From assembly GCA_963772365.1 (NCBI GenBank), contig CAVYXA010000003.1, positions 384,001-448,000 on the forward strand: 64,000 nucleotides of DNA, read 5' to 3'. The notes beneath the pieces are model-generated. The model was not told the DNA's origin. It saw nothing but the letters and a program-made list of their open reading frames with translations, and did no database searches. Below are positions 19,551-28,352 of the stretch, one piece after another. The first letter of the stretch is position 1. Each line of letters starts with the position of its first letter. This DNA comes from an uncultured Verrucomicrobiae bacterium (GTDB lineage Bacteria; Verrucomicrobiota; Verrucomicrobiia; Chthoniobacterales; UBA10450). Both the position numbers and the translations under genes were made by a program.

Positions 19551-20102
19551 CTATCTCGGGTCATTCGTCTTCCTTGTAGTCCGCCCCATCGAGAACCTTC
19601 GCGCCGCCATCGGTGCCCCAGGTGTACCCGGCCCTTCCGTCAATGTTGATGTAAACGGTTGGGGCTTCGGATGCTTAGCGGGTGGTTTCGGCTGATACGG
19701 CGACGTGTCCTCCAATCCCATGGGATCCGTTCGATCCCAGGGATCATTCCAGCAGTAGCGGAAGAAATTGTAATCGCCGGCCTCGAACATCTTCGGGTCT
19801 TCGCTCATGAAACGGCCGAGCACCGGGTGATAAGCGCGCGCGCGATATTCGTAGAACCCGAATTGTGAATTGTGTACTTCTTCCGGTGAACAGGAATCTA
19901 TTTCCGATCTGACTTAATCCGCATGGACTCGATCCGCACATGATCAGATTCCCGCCGGCATCAAAGAACAATGGCAAGCCGGACTCGTCATACCGGTACG
20001 GGTCCAGTACCCGTGCTCTTCCGTTGACGATGTTGCCAGTCACCACGGCAGTGTTCCTGTTGCGATCGGGCAGGAAATATTGGCCGCGCGTCTCCGCGTT
20101 CG
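19551..20102 (-). pseudogene. Orphan Rhs core fragment (frameshifted) with short tip ending at element C
   Basis: GQYFLPDRN, YRYDESG, NRFLFTGR, GRFMSEDP and DPWDRTDPMGL; starts directly after the immunity-gene stop codon. Confidence 0.8.
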
Positions 20103-20585
20103 CTATTTTCCCTTCCTGCTGTAAATAGCTTGCTGAGCAATCTCGTCTAATCGAGGCTCTCGTCGAAATCGCTTTCCGTTAAAGATCAGTACTGGGCCTA
20201 CAGATACTCCAACCGTTGCGATCTTCGTTGGACCTGGCAGACTCGAGCCCACTGGGAGAACAGTTCCCTCCGTTAAATGATACCTCACCAAAAGTTCAGA
20301 GTTATGAAATGTCCATTCTCCGTTATAAACGTTACGGGGATCCCCGTTGCTGATGCGCATTCGATTTGACTGTAAAAGAACGTAACAATCAATGAAACCG
20401 AACCGGGCATTGGAGGCAAAGTAAAGAATCTCTCCTTCTCCCGACTGCAGACCTGGATTCACATCTGCGGGCGCTTTAATCCAACTTATCCCCTCCTCCA
20501 ACCAAGCGCCATCGGGCGCAAATGTCTCGGAAGCTGCCAAACGCGCTAGGGCAATAATCAACAAAAATGATAAAAGTCGCTTCAT
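20103..20585 (-). CDS. Periplasmic candidate immunity protein
   Basis: Signal peptide MKRLLSFLLIIALARLAA; ATGA overlap with the toxin stop. Confidence 0.7.
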   Translation of the reverse strand: MKRLLSFLLIIALARLAASETFAPDGAWLEEGISWIKAPADVNPGLQSGEGEILYFASNARFGFIDCYVLLQSNRMRISNGDPRNVYNGEWTFHNSELLVRYHLTEGTVLPVGSSLPGPTKIATVGVSVGPVLIFNGKRFRREPRLDEIAQQAIYSRKGK

Positions 20586-22301
20586 GGCTCGACCACAGGA
20601 ATGTTGACGGCAACGCCGATTTTAGTGTCAGGCATGTTCCACATATAATTGATCATTCTCGTATCCACGCCGTAGCAGAGACAACCATGTGTCCAACCAT
20701 GACCATTAGTTTGTCCATGGAAGTAATCGCCCGCGTCATCCTCATTATTACCAGGGCCAGGATTTAATCGCGCACGTAGTGGGCCGTACGCTCCCACGAT
20801 ATCCATCGGCACACCGCGATACTCAAAGTTGTGCATTCGCTGGATACCATAGTGCTGCGGCGGATTACCAAGCTCCGATTTTGGATTGATCGTATTCGGT
20901 CCTTTAGCGTCACGATCGTCTGTTCTTATTACATAATTTCCATCTCGAATGGACGGTTGGCCATTTCCCCCTGAGAAGCCGGTTCCTTGCAGGACTCTTC
21001 CATTTTGGTCAAAGAATGTGAGCTTATAGTTTGTCGCTCCGGTCTGTGAATTGGTGCCCGTTGCCTTGGCGCGCAATAGCGCCGTTATTTCGCTGCGCTC
21101 GGTATGCAATCCATTCACATCATGAACGACAGTTGAATTACCCTTATGCCACTCCCATTGCTTATTTATATAGAACCAATTGAGGCCCCTCGGATCGCTG
21201 CGATCCCATGGATCATTGCCGCAGTATCGATAAAAATTGTAATCGCCGGCCTCGAACATCTTCGGGTCTTCGCTCATGAATCGGCCTATGACCGGGTGAT
21301 ACGCTCGCGCTCTGTACTCGTAAAACCCAAATTGTGAATTGTACTCTCGTCCGGTGAACAGAAACCGATTCCCGATGAGGCTCGCGCCTGTGCCGATCGG
21401 GTGACCGCCGGCGTCGAAGAATGACGGCAAGCCGAATGCGTCATAGCGATACGACTCCAGCACCGCCGCGGTAATGTCGGTGACTACCGCGATATTGCCA
21501 TTGCGATCCGGCATGAAGTACTGCCCGCCGCCAATCGCGCGGGCGATCACTTCATCGATCCCGTGCCATAGACCATCGTGCTTTTGATCATCGAGCCGTG
21601 ATCGTGCTTTTCAGGGTCGAGCCGTTGGTCTCGTATTCTACCGTCCAATGTTCGCCATCGAACAGGTAATAATTTTTCGTGGGATTGTTTGTCCCGACCG
21701 TGGTCTTGTGCTCCACGCATCGGCCCAGTGCATCGTAGAACAGCTCGTACTTGGTGGAGACATTGTTGACCAAAGCCGTGGCTGAAGAAAGCCAGGTGTC
21801 GCCTTAATATTTGTAGAGCACGCCCTTGTAGGTCGAGATCTCGTGGACGCTTCCGTTGGCCACCGTGTCTGTCCCGGCAGCGGTGTATTGGTTGAGCGCG
21901 TTCGGGGTGTAATTTTTGGTCACGCCCTGATCAATCACACTGGTGCGATTACCCGCGGCATCCAGATTGTAGGTGAACCCCCGTGTGGTCCAGCCGTAGG
22001 CGGCGGTGTGCAATTGGCCATCCGCGTAATAGCTGTATGGATCATTGGTGGTGTTGCCCTGCGTGTGGGCGACGCCGGTGAGCCGGTTCATATTGTCCAG
22101 CGTAAAATGCTCATGCGAGAACCGGACCGATGCCGAGAGATAAATGTCCAGATCGCTCATCCGATCGGCGGTGTCGTAAGTGTAATTGACAAACGAGCCG
22201 TTCTTGTAATTCATCCGCTTCTTCACGTTTGAGGCCCGATCGTAGCTGTATTTGTAATTGATTGTGCCGGTCCGACCCATTCCATCCAGGCTCGAGATCA
22301 C
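20582..22301 (-). pseudogene. Rhs (YD-repeat) protein remnant with intact C-terminal toxin domain (L,D-transpeptidase/Tlde1-like)
   Basis: Three ORF pieces (21804-22301, 21588-21773, 20582-21550) with YD repeats and Rhs core ending DPWDRSDPRGL; nonsense codon at 21804-21806 and 26-bp duplication at 21575-21626; tip has YFHG-x7-THGC. Confidence 0.85.
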
Positions 22302-22387
22302 GTCGTAACCGGTGCTCGGGGAGCGGGCGCGGTAGACACCCGCTCAATTGGGTGCGCTATTCTGGAATTCGCCTATCCGAACGGACA

Positions 22388-23731
22388 ATGAACAAACAGT
22401 ACCCTGGATCATTGCCCGCTACCAGGCTCGCCCGCCAGCTTGGACTTTTCGGCACCACGATGGCCGTGATGGGCGGAATCATTGGGGCGGGAATTTTCAT
22501 CAATCCCTATCTGGTTGCTCAACGTGTTCACACACCGCTGTTGATTCTGAGCGCATGGATTGTCGGCGGATTGATCGCGTTGGCGGGAGGATTCATTTAC
22601 GCGGAGCTTGCTGCGCGAATGCCGGTTGTCGGCGGGCAGTACGCCTATTTGCGTGAGGCGCTGCACCCGGCGGTCGCATTCATTTACGGATGGGTATTGC
22701 TCCTTGTGATCCAGACCGGCGGTGTGGCTGCGGTAGCGGTCACCTTTGCCAAATATTTTTTGAAACTAACCCACTGGCCCGTGACCGATTCCATCATCGC
22801 CGCAATCGCGCTTGGCTTACTCACCGCCATAAATTGCGCCGGTGTGCGTGCTGGCAGCCGGGTGCAATTGATCATGACTTTGACCGCGATCGGCGCAATT
22901 GCGGCTCTCGAAGGTTTCAGTTTTTGGTATGCGAATCCGCAAACCAGAAGTTTCGGCGGTCATAGACCGTCGCTACAGGTCGATGTCAATCTTATCCTCG
23001 CCTTCGGATCAGCCATGACCCCGGTCCTGTTCGCGTACGGCGGCTGGCAAACGTCGAGTTTCCTCGGTGGCGAAGTGCGCGATGCTCGAAAAACTTTGCC
23101 GCGCGCGCTGATTATCGGAGTCGTGGGCGTAATTATCGTCTATACCTCGGTGAATTTCGTTTACCTGCGCGCGCTCGGACCGACCGGTTTGGCAGAATCG
23201 ACGACGCCCGCTTCATCTGTCATGCGCGCGTTGCTTGGCCCGCGCGGCGGAGAATTCATCGCAGCGGGAATCGCTTTCTCTGCGTTTGGATTTCTCGCCC
23301 AATCAATGTTGACGGCTCCGCGCGTTTATTTCGCCATGGCCGATGACGGGGTCTTCTTCAAGAGCGTGAGTTGGGTTCATCCGCGCACGCATGTGCCCGT
23401 GATAGCGATCGCGTTACAAGGCGTATGGGCAATCGTGATCGCGCTCACCGGTACCTACGCGCAGGTGGTGAATTACGTTATCGCGATGGACTGCATCTTC
23501 TTCGGCCTAACAGCGACATGCCTGTTTGTATTTCGGTATCGCTCTGATCAGCTCGCCAACTTCCGCGTGCCCGGTCATCCCTGGACAACATTGTTGTTCA
23601 TCGCCGCCAACTGGCTCGTCGTTGTCAGCACATTCGCGCAGGATCCCAAGCGCTCGTTCATCGGGCTCGGCATCGCCATTGCCGGTTTACCCGTCTATTT
23701 CTTGTGGCAGGGCAGGACAAAAAGCTTTTAA
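22388..23731 (+). CDS. APC family amino acid permease
   Basis: GIIGAGIF, YAELAARMP, GGQYAYL, FAYGGW and PRVYFAMADDG motifs. Confidence 0.92.
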   Translation: MNKQYPGSLPATRLARQLGLFGTTMAVMGGIIGAGIFINPYLVAQRVHTPLLILSAWIVGGLIALAGGFIYAELAARMPVVGGQYAYLREALHPAVAFIYGWVLLLVIQTGGVAAVAVTFAKYFLKLTHWPVTDSIIAAIALGLLTAINCAGVRAGSRVQLIMTLTAIGAIAALEGFSFWYANPQTRSFGGHRPSLQVDVNLILAFGSAMTPVLFAYGGWQTSSFLGGEVRDARKTLPRALIIGVVGVIIVYTSVNFVYLRALGPTGLAESTTPASSVMRALLGPRGGEFIAAGIAFSAFGFLAQSMLTAPRVYFAMADDGVFFKSVSWVHPRTHVPVIAIALQGVWAIVIALTGTYAQVVNYVIAMDCIFFGLTATCLFVFRYRSDQLANFRVPGHPWTTLLFIAANWLVVVSTFAQDPKRSFIGLGIAIAGLPVYFLWQGRTKSF

Positions 23732-23813
23732 GCCACAGATTTACACGGATGAAACACGGATTTGGCAATCGGCGCTGTGATCCATCCGTGTTAATCGGTG
23801 GCCATCTGTGGCT
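23731..23813. repeat. Intergenic inverted repeat built from ~10-bp ACACGGAT-type units
   Basis: AGCCACAGATTTACACGGATGAAACACGGAT ... ATCCGTGTTAATCGGTGGCCATCTGTGGCT. Confidence 0.7.
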
Positions 23814-23822
23814 AATTAAAAT

Positions 23823-24992
23823 ATGACCCGAACAAAACACTCCGAATACATGGAATGGGCGAAACTGCATTCGCTGGCGCCATTCAATCTGGCCACCAGT
23901 GGCATTCTCAATGTTTCGCGATCTGACTTTCCGTCGGTCAAACAATTGGAAATTACAGGTTCCGACAGTTATGGCTACGAGCCGCTACAACAGCGCATCG
24001 CTCAGCACACAGGCGCGCCGATCGAATCCGTAGTGGCAGCAACCGGGACGTCGATGGCGAACCAACTTGCGATGGCTGGCGTTGTCGATCCAGGTGATGA
24101 AGTCCTGATCGAGCAACCGGCCTACGGACCGCTTGTCGATGTTGCCGAGTATCTCGGCGCTCGTGTGAAACGATTCGAACGAACGTTCGAAGACGATTTC
24201 GCAATCGATCCAGCCAGGATCGACAGCGCCGTCACCTCTGGCACGCGGCTGATTGTGCTGACAAATCTTCACAATCCGTCAGGCGCGCTTATTCCGGCCG
24301 AAACTCTGCGGGCTATCGCCGAAATCGCGCAGCGGGTCGGCGCTTACGTGCTGATCGACGAGGCATATTTGGAAATGTCGTTCGACAACAACGCGCCGTT
24401 CGCGTTTCCGGTTGCGGAATCGCTCGTTCGAAATTGCGCTGAGGACAGCGGACCCTACAGCGATCGCGCTGTGGCGTCCGGTGTCCTCACCGGAAGTTCC
24501 GCGCGCCACAATCCATTCATAGTCACGAACAGCCTCACGAAAACTTACGGCCTAAGCGGGCTGCGCTGCGGCTGGATCCTGGCCTCGGCCGAACTGGCCA
24601 AACGCATTTGGCGGCTCAATGATTTGTTTGGCGTAAACGCGCCGCATCCTGCCGAACAAATGTCGGTCGTCGCGTTCGATCATCTCGATCAATTTCGCGA
24701 CCGTGCCAGAAAATTGCTGAATGCGAATCGTGCCTTGCTAAACGCCTTTCTCGATTCGCGCACCGATCTGGAATGTTTTCGCCCGGCTGCCGGGACTATC
24801 GTTTTTCCCCGTTTGAAGCATGGAAACGCCGAGAGATTTTTCAAACTGCTACGGGAGAAATATGAAACGAGGATCGTACCCGGAAAGTTCTTCGATATGC
24901 CAGAGCATTTCCGAATCGGAGTTGGCGGAGAGACGGCGAATGTGGCCGCCGGCTTGGAGCGATTGAGCGCGGCACTGGATGAAGTTCGTTGA
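23823..24992 (+). CDS. PLP-dependent aminotransferase class I/II
   Basis: NLHNPSG, IDEAY and SLTKTYGLSGLRCGW motifs. Confidence 0.92.
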   Translation: MTRTKHSEYMEWAKLHSLAPFNLATSGILNVSRSDFPSVKQLEITGSDSYGYEPLQQRIAQHTGAPIESVVAATGTSMANQLAMAGVVDPGDEVLIEQPAYGPLVDVAEYLGARVKRFERTFEDDFAIDPARIDSAVTSGTRLIVLTNLHNPSGALIPAETLRAIAEIAQRVGAYVLIDEAYLEMSFDNNAPFAFPVAESLVRNCAEDSGPYSDRAVASGVLTGSSARHNPFIVTNSLTKTYGLSGLRCGWILASAELAKRIWRLNDLFGVNAPHPAEQMSVVAFDHLDQFRDRARKLLNANRALLNAFLDSRTDLECFRPAAGTIVFPRLKHGNAERFFKLLREKYETRIVPGKFFDMPEHFRIGVGGETANVAAGLERLSAALDEVR

Positions 24993-25106
24993 AATGGGTC
25001 CCAGCTTTACGGCATTTTTAGCTTGCGCGAAGAGTCTTGCGGTTGCGCCGATTGGTGTAGCATCGTGCTCTGAGATCACGATCGATCTGGATACTGACGA
25101 ACAAAA

Positions 25107-25159
25107 ATTGTAGGGCAAGCGCATCGCTTGCCAGGCAGGCGGAGCGCCTGCCCTACAAT
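25107..25159. repeat. REP doublet (REPIN-like), GTAG...CTAC
   Basis: ATTGTAGGGCAAGCGCATCGCTTGCC-A-GGCAGGCGGAGCGCCTGCCCTACAAT. Confidence 0.8.
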
Positions 25160-25253
25160 GGCAGTTCGCTGCATCGGTGTGCAAGGTTCCAAAGGGTGCC
25201 GCCCTCAGTCGCCGTGGCGACCACGGCGCGACAGCCCCGAAAGCTTTCGGGGC

Positions 25254-25326
25254 TGGAGGTAAGGGGATTCGAACCCCTGACCTTCTCATTGCGAACGAGA
25301 CGCTCTACCAACTGAGCTATACCCCC
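25254..25326 (-). tRNA. tRNA-Ala(CGC)
   Basis: GGGGGTATAGCTCAGTTGGTAGAGCG...TTCGCAA...GGTTCGAATCCCCTTACCTCCA; G3:U70 pair; followed by hairpin CAGCCCCGAAAGCTTTCGGGGCTG. Confidence 0.95.
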
Positions 25327-25491
25327 GGTTCCAAGCGTCTGAATGGTAGCACGTACACCCAGTTTTTCATCAACCGAAAAGCGGGATTGCTTTCCTCGGA
25401 CAAAGTAACTAGACGAATTGAAGAGGGCGGCACCTGGCCTCGTCTATTCGCCGGGGTCGGTATCGACCTCGAAAGTCAACAAATCAAAAAT

Positions 25492-25983
25492 ATGAAATAT
25501 AAATCACAACTCGTTGCCGCGGCGTGTATCGCGGCACTGGCATTTGGGCCGGCCAGCTTGTCAGCTGCAGGCAAGAAAAAGTCGGAAACATCCGACACAA
25601 CTTCGGCATCTCCGGCCGAGACCATGGCTTCACCGACCGCACCGGCGGCCCGGCCCATCCCGTTCCACGGGGCGGTGTCGGCAGTCGATCAGACCGCGAA
25701 GACGTTCACGATTTCCGGCAAGAAGGGGTCGCGCGTTTTAAAGGTGACCGACAAGACGGCCATCGTTAAAGGAACGGCCCCTGGCAGCATGAGCGACATC
25801 ACCGAAAACGAAAAGGTGAGTGGCTCTTATTGGAAAATGCCGGATGGCAGTATGGAAGCGAAGACGGTTAAGATCGGAAAGATGGCAATGAAGGAGACTT
25901 CGATGAAAAAAGAGAAAAAGTCGAAGAAGATGAAGGAGTCTCCTTCTCCGGAAGCTTCACCAGCCGCGTCGCCGCCCTCCTAG
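25492..25983 (+). CDS. Secreted hypothetical protein (small OB-fold-like domain with low-complexity tails)
   Basis: Signal peptide; PFHGAVSAVDQTAKTFTI...VSGSY...EAKTV pattern. Confidence 0.65.
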   Translation: MKYKSQLVAAACIAALAFGPASLSAAGKKKSETSDTTSASPAETMASPTAPAARPIPFHGAVSAVDQTAKTFTISGKKGSRVLKVTDKTAIVKGTAPGSMSDITENEKVSGSYWKMPDGSMEAKTVKIGKMAMKETSMKKEKKSKKMKESPSPEASPAASPPS

Positions 25984-26085
25984 ATCGACCGCGGAAGTAA
26001 TTTCCAGGATCGACAAACGGAACCGGGAGACAATCGGTTCCACTGGGTTTTTACAGGGGCGACTGTGGGAGTCGCCCCGTTTTTC

Positions 26086-26727
26086 TCATTTCTCGCCGGC
26101 TGCTTTCAAAGCCGCCTTAAGATCGACAACGAATCGTGCGTACTCGCGTTCGCGTGATTCATCATCCGGCTGGCGCAGCAAGGAAGAAGGATGAACCGTA
26201 GCCATCACTCTCGGAGCGATATCGGAGGAAAGTAGTTTGCCGCGTTCGCGAGTGACGCGAAATGACGGTCCGAAAATCGCCTGCGAAGCAGTCGCACCCA
26301 GGCAGACCAGCAGGTCCGGCTTAACCAAACGCAATTCCGCTTCCAGCCAAGGCCGGCAGGCGGCGATTTCGCGCGAGTTTGGTTTCTTATGGATCCGGCG
26401 TTTCCCTCGGGGCTCCCATTTGAAATGCTTAACTGCATTCGTGACGTACACCTGTTTCCGATCGATCCCTGCTTCTTCGAGCGCGCGGTCCATGATTTTT
26501 CCAGCCGGTCCGACAAACGGCTTCCCAGCGACGTCCTCAGAATCGCCCGGCTGCTCGCCTACCAGCATGATGGGCGCTTCCTTTGGTCCCTCACCAAACA
26601 CGGTTTGCGTCGCGCGCTCGTGCAGATGACAGGAAGTGCAACCACGGGCAGCTTTGCGAAGGTTGGCGAAACTCGCCGTGTGTGGTGGCGCAGCCGGTCG
26701 CGCATAATCTTTGCGGTTTGATCCCAT
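26086..26727 (-). CDS. udgX: UdgX family uracil-DNA binding protein (family 4 UDG-like, Fe-S)
   Basis: CxxC, GEQPG, diagnostic KRRIH loop and HPSSLLR. Confidence 0.9.
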   Translation of the reverse strand: MGSNRKDYARPAAPPHTASFANLRKAARGCTSCHLHERATQTVFGEGPKEAPIMLVGEQPGDSEDVAGKPFVGPAGKIMDRALEEAGIDRKQVYVTNAVKHFKWEPRGKRRIHKKPNSREIAACRPWLEAELRLVKPDLLVCLGATASQAIFGPSFRVTRERGKLLSSDIAPRVMATVHPSSLLRQPDDESREREYARFVVDLKAALKAAGEK

Positions 26728-26824
26728 CGTCGAATAGAAATCGAATCCCGACCCCGGTTCGTTCTTAGGAAACCCGGGAGTTTCTGAGTTGCGCGCGGGC
26801 GCAACCCGGCCAGACTAGCGCAGG

Positions 26825-27952
26825 ATGCCCGATATCAGCTTCCTCGAAAGACCGTTATTGCATGTGTTCGGGCGCGACGTTTCGCTACTCGGGCTGATTG
26901 CGTTCGTGGCTCTGCTGGCCATCGGCATTGTGCTGGCGCGAATTTTGCAAAGCGATCTCGTCCGCCGACTTCTCAGCCGGCTCAAGATCGAGCAGAACTT
27001 GATCTCGATTCTCACCACCATACTCAGCCTTGCTGCCGTTGTGTTCTTCTTCGTCAGCGCAGTCAATGCCGCAGGTATTCCGCTCTCTTGGGATGCGCCC
27101 ATGCCCGGGATCAAGCTGAGTCTTTTTCAGATTTTTCTGCTGAGCGGCCTGCTGGTTGCGGTCTTCTGGATCTCGTCGCGGACAAAACGTTTTCTCTTCA
27201 ATCAGTTCCTCGCCAAGAGCGGCCTGGACCGTTCACTTCAATACGCGATTGCTCAAATCGTCAGCAACATTGTCCTGATCGTCGGCATTTTCATTGTTCT
27301 CGATAATGCCGGTATTCACCTCGGGACGCTGACAGTTTTTGCCGGCGCCGTCGGCGTTGGCGTCGGATTTGGATTACAGAATATCGCGAGCAATTTCATC
27401 AGTGGCCTGGTGATTCTGGCCGAGCGGCCCATCACCATTGGCGATCGGGTGGAGGTTGAGGGAATAGCCGGTCAGGTGCAGCACATTCGCGCTCGTAGCA
27501 CCGTGATTGTGACCAACGACAACATCACCATGATCGTGCCCAACTCGAAGTTTATCGAATCACCTGTGACCAACTGGACCTACGGCGATCCGCGTGTGCG
27601 ATTTCGCATTCCCGTGGGCGTGGCTTATGGAAGCGATGTGGAAAAAACGTGCGAAGCGCTGGTAGCCGCCGGCCGCGAAAATCCGCAAACCCTCGATGAT
27701 CCAGCGCCAAGCGTTTTCCTGAGCAACTTCGGCGATAACGCCCTGGAATTCGAACTTGTTGTCTGGAGCAGCCACATGAGTGCACGGCCGCGGCGTTATC
27801 GAAGTGAATTGAACTTTGCCATCGAGCGGAAACTCCGTGAAGCGGGGATCGAGATCGCCTTCCCGCAGCGCGACATTCACATCCGAAGCGGCGTGTTGAA
27901 AGTCGAAAACGCCCAGGAGAGCGGGGACGGAGAGAAGCCGGTAACAGACTGA
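26825..27952 (+). CDS. Small-conductance mechanosensitive channel (MscS family)
   Basis: GVGVGFGLQNIASNFISG, IVPNS, VGVAYGSD and IAFPQRDIH motifs. Confidence 0.92.
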   Translation: MPDISFLERPLLHVFGRDVSLLGLIAFVALLAIGIVLARILQSDLVRRLLSRLKIEQNLISILTTILSLAAVVFFFVSAVNAAGIPLSWDAPMPGIKLSLFQIFLLSGLLVAVFWISSRTKRFLFNQFLAKSGLDRSLQYAIAQIVSNIVLIVGIFIVLDNAGIHLGTLTVFAGAVGVGVGFGLQNIASNFISGLVILAERPITIGDRVEVEGIAGQVQHIRARSTVIVTNDNITMIVPNSKFIESPVTNWTYGDPRVRFRIPVGVAYGSDVEKTCEALVAAGRENPQTLDDPAPSVFLSNFGDNALEFELVVWSSHMSARPRRYRSELNFAIERKLREAGIEIAFPQRDIHIRSGVLKVENAQESGDGEKPVTD

Positions 27953-28352
27953 CTATTTCTTTCGAGCCAGTGGTTGAGCCAGCGCGCGAGTGGCCATGTC
28001 AATCAGCTCCGGCGCGGTGATGGGCTTCTCGAGAAATGCAAAAGCGCCCAGTCGCAGGGCTTCGGCTTTCACGTCAGCTCCGCCGAATGCGGTGATGATA
28101 ATAACCGGCAGGTGGGGGAGAGCAGTGCTGGCAAAGCCCCAAAATTCCGCGGCCACTAAACATTGGCATCCGTAAATCGGTAATCAGGAGGTCGTAATGT
28201 TTTTCGGGACTCGTTAGTTCCTCCAGAGTCTTGGCCGGATCGCAAGTGCTTGTGACTTGCATGCCGTGCCGAGAAAGCACTTTGGTCATCGCCCGAAGCA
28301 TCGCCGGATCGTCGTCCACAACGAGAACAGATTTTTCAGTTAGTTGATTCAT
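27953..28352 (-). CDS. Single-domain response regulator, one frameshift near 28135
   Basis: VLVVDDD...ITDLRMP in one frame, IIITAFG...FLEKP in the next. Confidence 0.8.

Noticed and set aside
15380..21840. Repeated Rhs cores as DGR template/variable repeats
   Set aside because: No reverse transcriptase in the window; the differences I compared are not adenine-specific and are largely synonymous.
25177..25491. N-terminal extension of ORF 25177-25983
   Set aside because: It runs antisense across tRNA-Ala; the real start is most likely the ATG at 25492, which gives a signal peptide.
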